A stretch of DNA of 64,000 nucleotides, taken from the NCBI GenBank assembly GCA_038087875.1, contig CM075998.1:1488001-1552000 (forward strand). Direction: 5' to 3'. The notes under the pieces are model-generated. The model had not been told where the DNA came from. It saw only the letters and a program-made list of their open reading frames with translations, and did no database searches. A program made the position numbers and the translations under genes. This DNA is from Malacoraja senta. Lineage: Eukaryota. This document shows, one piece after another, positions 23,001 through 32,500 of the stretch. Numbering within the stretch: position 1 is the first letter of the stretch; each line of letters starts with the position of its first letter.

Positions 23001-25893
23001 TTGCCTGTTTTGTGCGGTACAGTCTAGGTTAGATGCTTTTGAGGTGTGGGAAGAATCAGGAAATCTGAAGTCTGTCAATGAGAGGTATATAGAAAAGTGC
23101 TGGCAGTGAGAATAGAGTATGAATTGTCTCCATGAAATCTGCTTAACCAGCCTGGGAAGTAACCCTCAAGATGGGTCTGGTTAAAATTTAGGAATGCATA
23201 ATTTATTGTGACAAGTGATACTTGCATCTTGATCAGGTTTTGGAGTGAATTTGGCACTAATTCCCAAAAAATTATCTAAAAATAAAAAATGTAGAAAGTT
23301 GCTGTATCTGCTACTGAATCAAAAGCGATTAAAAGCAAATTAGACTAATGTGAGAGTAATTTGTAGGGCAGTGGAGAAGTGTCTGAAGAAGGGTCCTGAC
23401 TCGAAACGTCACCTATCCATGTTCTCCAGAGATACTGCCTGACCTGCTGAGTTACTCCAACACTTTGTCTATTTTTGTAGACCAGCATCTGCAGTGGTTG
23501 GGAAGTCATGTCACGGTTGTACAAGATGTTGGTATTGCCACAGTTGGAGTATTGTGTACATTTCTGGTTACTCTGAGAAGTAATACTACCCAGTGTGCTG
23601 CATTTAAGTCCAGCACTGATGTATCACAAACACAAATTGCAGAAAATGCTTAACTGGTCATGATACAAAGATAAATGAAGTTACTGTCTTGGATTAAATG
23701 TCCTATCATAAAACAGACCAGAAAAAACATTCCTCTCTGACGCTGAATATTTCTAGGATTTTCTGGTTTTATTTCAGAATTCTGAGATTCACACTATTTG
23801 TCTTTTGTTTTATGTGCTTTAGTCCCTGGAGTGAGGCTTGACCCAGAACCTACTGCCATTGAAGGAGAACTGGTGCCACTGAACAATTTAAAACAAAAGA
23901 GTAAGTGTGGTATCACAGAAGTAAACGTCGATAATTGTGGCTGCATTTGTGTTACTTTATTAAGATTATATATACATACAGCAAAACAATAAATGTACAT
24001 GCAGAATTATTCATCTCTTTCATTTTAAATTCACGTAATGTGATATACATAAGTGCCTGAATCACAATGTGCTATTATGCAATTATACTATAATTTGGCA
24101 ACATTTAACCATAAGAGTAGTAGTTTAATTTATGTTTGTCATGTTTGATAACTGATACATTCAACATATTCAGAAGAATAGCATCAAACCACATTCCTAT
24201 TGGAAGGAATCCTCTAATAATTGAAGATAAGAATTCAAATTACAAATGCATTTTATTTATTTTTCAACGTGTAGTAACGTCCTGTTACATTTTGTTTGAA
24301 ACATAAGGCAGAGGAGTAATAAGCAAGAACTATAATGAAACCATTAAATGGTATCATACCCAAACCAGAAAGAAGCTTGCCCTTTCAAAATTGTCTGAAG
24401 ACCAGCTTCTGTCTGGGGAAGTCATTATTTAGTAAGTTCAGCTCTAGCACACCCACCTTTTTTTTGTTCTTTTACAAAGCTTAGATGGGTGTAAACACTA
24501 AAATATTAAGATTAGTGGCCTTGGTTATTAAATAGTTTAAAATATTTTGTCTAAATGTGCTTACACTTGCATTGATCATTCTTGACATCAAATTTCATGG
24601 TGCAATTTTTGCAATAATTAACTAGTTTATTTCAGTGACATTGGTTGATGTACTCTGTTCTAAAGTGTCATTATTTTAACTGAGACAGGGATTTTGTTTT
24701 TCTAAACATAATGGATATTAATGTCTTTTTTCCCTGAAATTAAAACGGAGTTTAAAAAAGAGAAAAATCTGCTTGATCGTTTTGATATAATGTGGCTGAG
24801 GGGGAAGAGCTTAATTCTGACTTTCCATTTGCATACAATTTTACTATTTAGCATTCAGAAACAGCGCAATACCACCCCTTCCTGCCATGCAGACCTGTCA
24901 CCTGGAAGCATGGTAATTTCAGTCTGTAATTAGAAAGCATTGTAGCAACACCTTGTGGGAATACAAGGCAATTGCACCTCTGAACATTAAATAAGTACTT
25001 TGAATTTCAACTGATGTTTCATGGATGCATAATTACACCAATGGCTTTAACATACAATCTGAGATTTTGTATTCATGTTACAGAATTTCCAAATTGTTAA
25101 CCATTAAACCTCAATCCCTTTTTTTACAACTGGTTAAAAATGGACACGCAAAATGTCCTCAATTGGTGGAGGTAATTTATTTAATTAACTTTTTAAAAGG
25201 AGCTACATTGATAGCAATTTAAGTTGGGAGAGATAGCAACAGCTGATTCAATATTTTTTGTGAAGGTTTAGGGACCAATTTTGTGCTTCAGAGTATGGGC
25301 ACATGGGTTGTCCTTAACAAAATAATTAATGAATGGTGGATGAAGTGAATTGATTGATGGACTGAATGCTCATCTTTTCCTGATTTCATTTCATGTATTA
25401 TCCAGACGATTTAAGAACTAAAGCTGCCAATTGCACTGAAGCGTGTGGGTGTATTATAATTAGAATAGAGCTCAGGCTGCAGAGATCATAATGTGAAACA
25501 GGGCACATTTTTAAAAGCATATTATGACATTTTGATAATGTGAGATACGTTTTCAGTGCTGAAAACTTGTAGCATGGTTTAAGTGAGGTATCTAACCTAA
25601 CGTTAAAACATTGCACTGTGGAAATTTGTTAATGTTTATTTTCATTTTCATTTAGACTTGTTATATTTGTGAGCTGTAAGATGTGAATATACAGTACAAG
25701 GCATATGTTGTTCCTGACCAGTTGGTTAAACCATGGGAATAAGCTAGGGAAGTCATCAAGACAGTTATTTTCTGGTTATTCCCATTCTTGAGGACATTAA
25801 CTCAATCTTTCAACTCCAGTTTTAATTCATTTACAGCAAAGTGGTCTTTACAGGGACATGCCGTGGTTCCATCATTCACTGGAGGGACAGTAG
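16777..25893 (+). CDS. unrecognised multi-exon gene, ~231-aa Ser/Pro/acidic-rich protein
   Basis: Exons 16777-16810, 21280-21450, 21526-21603, 22216-22308, 23823-23900 (all phase-1 junctions), then 24308-24431, 24852-24912, 25837-25893; 696 nt, open throughout, all GT-AG. The last three exons are less certain. Confidence 0.6.
17362..18226 (+). mobile_element. truncated copy of the non-autonomous DNA element at 34719-35756
   Basis: Same left end tagcaatgttacaa and ~370 bp of high similarity; a different middle (~17730-18085); similarity resumes; right TIR absent. Confidence 0.75.
18390..21010. mobile_element. cluster of old CR1-type LINE fragments in both orientations (intron 1 of the unrecognised gene)
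   Basis: Degenerate RT C-terminal and 3'-tail motifs similar to the CR1 copies at 44.4 and 52.3 kb. Confidence 0.55.
19143..19217 (+). repeat. 25-bp tandem repeat x3
   Basis: ttataattgtacctgcctctacagc in three near-identical copies. Confidence 0.9.
21280..21450 (+). CDS. unrecognised gene exon 2 (171 nt; alternative start gaaATGG at 21288)
   Basis: ttccag|TGTTTGAAATG...GAAGAAG|gtaatt; VFEMEHRASHQ...LEWFDIWVYEMMEE. Confidence 0.65.
21526..21603 (+). CDS. unrecognised gene exon 3 (78 nt)
   Basis: cttcag|TTGGT...ACGG|gtaaat after a 75-nt intron; VGNRDQDVPASPFSDTSEKMLSSQDT. Confidence 0.65.
22216..22308 (+). CDS. unrecognised gene exon 4 (93 nt)
   Basis: caacag|ATTTT...CAGG|gtaaaa; DFTVPSTPIDLNLQDMISATDQSLDQNPSPQ. 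Confidence 0.6.
23381..23495 (+). mobile_element. Penelope-type short repeat with intact minimal hammerhead core
   Basis: CTGAAGA-a-GGGTC-ct-GACTC-GAAA-CGTC at 23383-23410. Confidence 0.7.
23823..23900 (+). CDS. unrecognised gene exon 5 (78 nt)
   Basis: ctttag|TCCCT...AAGA|gtaagt; VPGVRLDPEPTAIEGELVPLNNLKQK. Confidence 0.65.
24308..24431 (+). CDS. unrecognised gene putative exon 6 (124 nt, phase 1-2)
   Basis: cataag|GCAGA...ATTTA|gtaagt; SRGVISKNYNETIKWYHTQTRKKLALSKLSEDQLLSGEVII; weak AAG acceptor. Confidence 0.45.
24852..24912 (+). CDS. unrecognised gene putative exon 7 (61 nt)
   Basis: atttag|CATT...CATG|gtaatt; YIQKQRNTTPSCHADLSPGSM. Confidence 0.5.
25837..25893 (+). CDS. unrecognised gene putative last coding exon
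   Basis: ttacag|CAAAGT...CAGTAG; QSGLYRDMPWFHHSLEGQ*. Confidence 0.4.
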   Translation, partial: QSGLYRDMPWFHHSLEGQ

Positions 25894-26044
25894 CTTGCAG
25901 ACTTTAAAGAGGAATATCAATCAAAATATTTTCATTGTCAAAATGTTCACTCCTGCCCAAATATATTTTAACAATTACCAAGCATGAGACAGGAAAAAAC
26001 TGAAAACAGAGGAAGAGAGATGAGCGTCTCAATTATCAATTTTG

Positions 26045-26430
26045 ATAATTGTACCTTGAAATGACAGTTGTCTTGCCTGTTTACCCTGAATTTATTCTAT
26101 ATATATTTTTTAATTGTACCTTAAAATAACACATTTTACCTGCTTGTCACTTAATTTACACTGAAAATCTGTGATAATCATACCTTAAAATGACACCAAA
26201 TCCTTGCTTGTTTACGCTTGTCATATTGAAAATATTTTATATTACACCTACTTGTAACATGATACCTGTTCCTTGCTGGTTTACTCTAATTAGAAAGAAG
26301 TATCCTTTACACAGGAAATGTTGGATAATTTTTTGATAATTATACCTTGAAATGACACAATTTCCTTGCTTTACCCTTAATTTATACTGTTTTTTTTTTT
26401 AAATTATACCTTACAGTAACACTTTACCTG
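26045..26430. repeat. degenerate ~64-bp tandem repeat, about 6 units
   Basis: Core taattgtaccttgaaatgaca variants at 26045, 26111, 26174, ~26239, 26336, 26401. Confidence 0.8.
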
Positions 26431-26519
26431 ATTGAATCGGGTATAAAAAAAATAACATTGTAGTGTCTATGACATACAGACTCTTGAATGCAATGCGAGT
26501 GTTGTGTTTGTGTACATAA

Positions 26520-26780
26520 CTCTGCTCCCCGCCCCAACCCCCGGTACAGTAGGCCTAGGGGACAGAGGAAAACCGCTACACTACATGTGCGGAGCTGACC
26601 GCTAGCCGTAGAGATGCACATGCAAAGACAGTCGGCCCGCACCCGTTTACACGCTTTCGCTAAAATCGACTCCGAGGATTTCCATGCACTCAACCATCGG
26701 CGCAGCGGCTCACTGTCTTTTATTGCAGAGATTTAGACTTTTTTTAAACCGAATTTCAAAGTGCGCGGAGAAATCTCATG
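26520..26780. promoter_or_regulatory. small CpG-rich island of unknown function
   Basis: Dense CpGs and GC box ccccgcccc at ~26527 in AT-rich surroundings; no ORF or repeat recognised. Confidence 0.45.
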
Positions 26781-28019
26781 CCTGAATTACTGAGTCCCCC
26801 TTTTTTACTGGAATACTTCAACTGGTATTCTAGAAGAGCTAACCAGAAAAAGGCTCTCAAATTGCCCTGATTAAAAAAAGGGGCAATGGTCTTTTTCACC
26901 CCACAATTAAGTGTCCAGGCGCACCAACACTGAAAAATTAAGAGTGGACGAGAGTGGTCTGGAATTTGAGAAAAGGCTGGTTGGTTAAAGGTATAAAGAT
27001 ATTCCAGTTGCTGGCTATCCTTATGCATCAGTGGCTGTCTGTTGCCTAATTTTTAGGACAGGGGTTGGTTTGGGCTAATTTTCCAGACAACATCTAGCAT
27101 TCTAACCACCACTCGAGTAATTGGAGACTTTCAAATTAGCAGCTGGGAGTTTTGAATGCCTGCCTCAAACCTGGCGTAAGCCCATTCAATACGTTAGAAT
27201 GTGAGAGGAAAAGTGAACACCATCCAGTTTTTGATCCTTAAGCTTGCCAAAGAATAGATATTTACCAGACCCATTTGGAATGGTATTCCGTGTTCCTGTT
27301 TCCACAATAAAATGGCCACTGCTTGGTTGTGTTTGCGGCTTCCTTTTTCCTCTCTCCATTCTGTCCACAGAACTTTTGAGCATTTGAGCTTGCTGAGATT
27401 TTGGGAAGGAGAGTATAGATAAGTGGCATGAGACAGCTAAATGGAATTGACAGCTCACTGGTACTTCACCTGGTATGGGACCCAGTGTATGATCTGGTGA
27501 GTCCCAGTACTTGGCTTCAGGCATATTTCCAATAAATTACTGATTTTGTCAGGTTAATAACATAGTAATGTTAAATAAACCCATCAAAGAATACTTTCAC
27601 TTCTCTTAATAATTTGATCCAGTAAAGAATCTTTGATCTGAAACATTATCTCTTTTTTCACAGATGCTGCCTGACCAGCTGAGGGTTTCCAATGTTTTCA
27701 GTTTTTAATTGCTGATTTCCAGTGGCTCCACAGCTTTGCTTGTTAGTATATTGTTCTTTTACTTACTGACTTGTTAAAATCTTTGAACACTTTTTAATTG
27801 ATGTTGAAATTGATCCAAACTGCAGTGGGTAGGATGGGTTACAGTGTACTTTTGCCCAGTCAGTAGCTGCATTACCAGTGCTGTTATATTGATGTCTCCC
27901 CAGAACCCCCCCCCCCCCTTCCAGGCTACATAAATAAAGAGTAGGCTTTTTGTAACTACTCGTTTCCAACAATTCTTTTGATTTCAGCATATGAAAATTT
28001 TGATAATTAAAGGGTCCTT

Positions 28020-28780
28020 ATTCTCTTGATATACCTGTAGAATCTCTTAGAATGTACCTTGATCTTGTCTGTCAGAGCTTGCACTTTCTCTTTTTGCCAT
28101 CATGATTTCACCCCCTAACTCTATACTCTTATAATCCTGACATTCCGTAAGGGATATGTTTGATTCCAGCTGCCTATACCAAAATATATCTCCATTTTGG
28201 TGATGAGCGCCTCAATATCCCTTATCAACCAGGGCTCCTTAAACCAGCCAGCCTTGCCTTTTACTCCACGAGAAACATGCTGTCCCTGAACTCTCTCCAT
28301 CTCACCTTTAAAAGCTTCCCACTGGCCAGACATCTCTTTACTTGTGAACAGTATCTCTCAATCAAACTCTGCAAGTTCCTGTCTCATACCTTCAAAACCT
28401 GTTTTTTTTTCCCCATGACTATTTTAAAGTTAATAGGTTTATGATCACTGGTCCAAAAATGGCACTTCAGTCACCTGCCGTCTTGTTCCCGAGTTGTTCC
28501 TAAATTGTCCCCTCACAAATAGGGGGGTCTGTATTGTTTTTTTTTTAACTTTCCTGGAAACACAATTCCACATATCCGGCGGGAGTCTTCCAATGAAATA
28601 AATGCAGTTTTGACCTCCTTGCTTTTCCTCTCTACTAAATTTATCCACATTAACATCTATATCAGGCTGTATTTGTTCATCTGCCACATTATTGCTTTGG
28701 GTCTCTCCTCCCTGCCAGACTAGTTTACATGTTCCCAAGTAGCACTAGCACATCTCCCCGCCAGGATAATGATGGGTCTA
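28020..28780 (-). mobile_element. old CR1-type LINE fragments
   Basis: Remnant peptide WEAFKGEMERVQGQHV...EPWLIRDIEALI typical of the CR1 ORF2 linker. Confidence 0.65.
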
Positions 28781-29520
28781 ATGTTCAGATTTAATCTGTG
28801 ATGAAACTCTTTTTGAACAATGCTTGTATTATATCTTATGGAGTTTAAAAATAGAATTTTGTCTTACATTTCATGCGATGGAGGTTGTCATTTTAGATTA
28901 TCTTAATTTTTTTTTAAGTCTTGTCGACAAAACTGCATTCCACTACTTGTTTATCAAGAATTGCACAATTTAGATCCATAATGAAGCTACCACGTTAGTT
29001 CTGCCTCACTCCCACATGCATGTTTCATCTGCACCAGTCACCCATTTCTCACACCAGCTATCCTTCTGGTGAGCCTGCCCATTCTCCATTAAATGGCAAG
29101 CAGTTTTGTAATCCTTAGGAGAAAAAAACCCTTAGCAGGATCTCCCATATAGGATGTTATTGTTCACTTCCATCCCACAGGATCTGAGAGGAAAATAAAC
29201 AGTTTCCAAGAGACTAACACAACCAAGTGCCCTTAGAATTGACCTTATGCAATATAAAATGCTGAAACAAAATAACAGTTTTCAAACGAGAATTATAGTA
29301 AACAGAATGAGCAGTGACTTACTTAATACTCCGATTATAGTCTTTGGAATTTCTTTGTGAATTAAAGCTAAAACATGAACAATGAATATAAAAACCATTT
29401 AAAAAATTTGAACATAATACTTAAAGCGGCACAAAATACTTCAGTGGAAGCAAAACAATTTAAAAATAGTTGGTCATAAACCAAACTGAACGATGGGCTT
29501 ATTAAGGCAACAGTATCATA

Positions 29521-29542
29521 TTATTCTTCCTTCAAATCGAAC
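29521..29542 (-). CDS. ESYT1: ESYT1 exon 31, coding part with stop
   Basis: ttgcag|G TTC GAT TTG AAG GAA GAA TAA. Confidence 0.88.
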
Positions 29543-32500
29543 CTGCAAAATGAAGAAAAGGTTTTAAAATGATGCAGTAAATATTTTAAATTATATCTTA
29601 ATGCTTTGACACTCTGGGTACAGTCCATGGACACCGACAACTCTCCAAGGTCTCACAAAAATGCTCATACTTTTCACACCAGACAATGAATGTTGACAGT
29701 TTTATCAACAATTAAGAACAGAGCTAGCTATTCCTCACAAGAGTAATTTTCTATTACTGTTGGCACCTAACATGTTCTGACAATTAAATGATATCTCACT
29801 GGGGCTGAATCAAGGTTTGGATTCTAATACATCTTTTTCTGAAGGCATGAACATAGAACCATGACATTTACCATGAGCAGGATTTTTTTTTTTGTGTGAC
29901 GAAAACTTTAAGAAGATTTGTTAGAAGGTCAATTATAAGTAAAATAAGGTAAACATCAGTAAGAAAATAATTTAATAGACAATAGGTAATCAGTTTGGCC
30001 CATTTTTTTTTCTTCAAAACTTTGGCTTGCTCACTTACCACTGCACTATCTCCTGACTCAGGTCAAGCAGTGAAAGATCAATATGGAGCTGGAAGAGAAA
30101 CAGAAAGATCTGTTTAGAACCTAAATTTAGTAAAACGCAAAATTAAGGAAGGGCACAAAATAAAGAATAATGAACATAGAAGTAATGAGAGGCTTAAATT
30201 ACTCTCAGTATCATATTATGAAATTGATGAAATTATCACAATCTGTCTTAAAATTGAAATGCAGCAAGTTCCAACATCGCTCCAAAATTATTTTTTATTT
30301 CTTTAAATTAACATGGGTTTCTTTTGACTATTTAAAAAAATAATTCCTGGTATGTTGGGAACCTTTGCAAAGCCAGTACTTTGAAGATCTCATAATTCAG
30401 ACGCCCCTCCACAGGGCAAAGTTCCAACATTCAGACCCAGCAATGATGAAGGAATGATGATGTATTTCCAAGTCAGATAGTGTGTGACATGGAGGGGAAT
30501 TTTCGGGTGGTGGTGTCTCCCTGAACTTGCTGCCTTTAAGTGGTATAGCTCACTGATTTTGGAAGTGCAGTCAAAGAGTTTGTACATATTCACATTTTTC
30601 AATGCAATCATGCCCATAAAAAAAGTAATTGTAGGGGAATTGTGTGTGGCATAGAGGTATACTACACAGAAACAGGCCCTTCGGCCAAACTCATCCATGG
30701 CGACCAAGCAGTCTACCTGAGCTAATCCCATTTGTCTGCATTTGGCCTGTTTCTTTCTAAACCTTTTCTATCAATGTACCTGTCCAAATGTCTTCAAACA
30801 TTGTAATTGTACACTGTCTCGCACAGTGGCGCAGCTGGTGGAGCTGTTGCCTCAGTGCCAGAGACCCAGGTTCAATCCTGATCTTGGGAACTATTTGTAT
30901 GGAGTTTGCACTTTCTCCCTGTGACCACGTGGGTTTCCTCCTACATCTCAAAGACATGCGGGTTTGTAGATTAATTGGCCTCTGCAAATTGCCCCTAGAC
31001 TGCAGGAAGTAGATCTAAGAGTGTCTGTACCAGACACATTCCTCCTTTCTTCCTGACCAGAACCTCAATGTCCTTCATCAGCCAAGGTTCCCTAATCCTT
31101 TCAGCCTTGTCTTTTACCACTTGTGCTATATTTGTTACATACACAGAATATTTTCCTTTTAAAAGTTCTCCATTAGTGAATCCTACCTTTCCAATCTCTT
31201 TGGACATGAAGGAAACATTGTTTTTTACAGTGAGGTCCAGCTTTTTCTTCTCTGCTTCCTCCAACGATATTTCAAACTCAAATCTGGAAAACAAAACAGC
31301 ACAAGAATAAAGGAAAACTTAATTCAGAGCATCATTCCTACACCAGTCAGTGCCTTTATGTTGAATCTCATACAAATTCACTCAGTCTTCTATCCCCTCC
31401 TTTAATATACACACACACCCCCCCCCATCCCCGTTTTGGGACAGCAGTTCCTTTCCGCAACCTATGAAGAAATAAAGCCCTAGCCCATAATCCCTCTTCG
31501 ATAAAGTTCCCTAAAATAGCTTTAAATGTCCACTGTCCCAAGGAAGGGAGAGGGGGAATAAGTTACATTTCTGATCGGAACACAGGTTAGAGGGAGGTGC
31601 GAAGGACATACTCAAACCAAACCCCTCAACATAAATTTGTTTATTTTTTTTAACTGAATCTGGTGACAATTGGAATAAGAGGAATTAAATTATTGAAAGT
31701 GCTGTAATATAATGTATCAAGCCTAGATGCCTCTAAAGTTAATATTTTGTTTAAAGCCGCTCATAAATTTCTCATGTGTTTCTCATTGTGAATTATCTTA
31801 AGAACTGTGATTCACTAAAACTAAAAGTGGGTTCAATCCTGACCTCTGGTATTGACTGTGGACTTTGCATATTCTTCTTCTTCTGCCCTCATGGATTTTA
31901 GTTTTTTGTTTTAGATACAGCATGGAAACAGGGCCTTCAGCCCACCGAGTCTGCACCAACTATTCATCCCCCGTTCACTCTAGTTCTGTTATCCCACTTT
32001 CTCTCCCTACGCATTAGTGGCAATTTGCAGAGGCCAATTAACCTACAAACCTGCACGTCTTTGGGATGGGGGAGGAAACCAGAATGCTCAGAGGAAGCCC
32101 AAGGTCAGGATTGAACCTGGTTTTCCGGCACTGCAAGGCAGCAGCTCTACCGGTTGTGCCAACTTTTATAGATACCTGGATGAGCCCTTAATACATGATA
32201 AACCACAGGACAGTGGGCCAAGAGCTGGGTGATCGGATTTCCGCCTAAAATTATGTGCTGCTAGACATATTAGTGACTCTAAACTATATTGGTGACAAAA
32301 TAAGGGATGGTGGTCTGCAGGGAAATAAGGAAAGGGGGAATGGAACTGATTGGCAAGTTCTGCTGTAGCCTATAGGTCTTTGTGTCATAAGTTCATTAGA
32401 ACTGATGCTCTAAATTTGCTGTTAAAATGTTCCACACAACAGCATATTCAAATAATTGTCCTGTTTATCAGTATTTAAGAAAACTTGATGGTAACTGCCT

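Noticed and set aside
25405-25490. Good acceptor (ttatccag) as an alternative last exon of the orphan gene
   Set aside because: In the phases supplied by exon 7 it gives an immediate stop (TI* or TGA); cannot be excluded but is not supported.
26045-26430. CRISPR-like repeat-spacer appearance
   Set aside because: Eukaryotic context, degenerate repeats, spacers related to each other and no cas genes; it is a minisatellite.
26560-26750. Possible snRNA, Y or vault RNA ending at the T-run near 26739
   Set aside because: No match to recalled U6, U7, Y, vault or 7SK motifs; no clear PSE or TATA.
30820-30900. tRNA-like A and B boxes
   Set aside because: Head of an HE1-type SINE; no complete cloverleaf.
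30995-31294. 99-aa ORF joining ESYT1 exon 29 to EPWLMKDIEVLVRKK
   Set aside because: Read-through past the donor at 31186 into an intronic CR1 fragment; normal splicing to exon 30 is intact.
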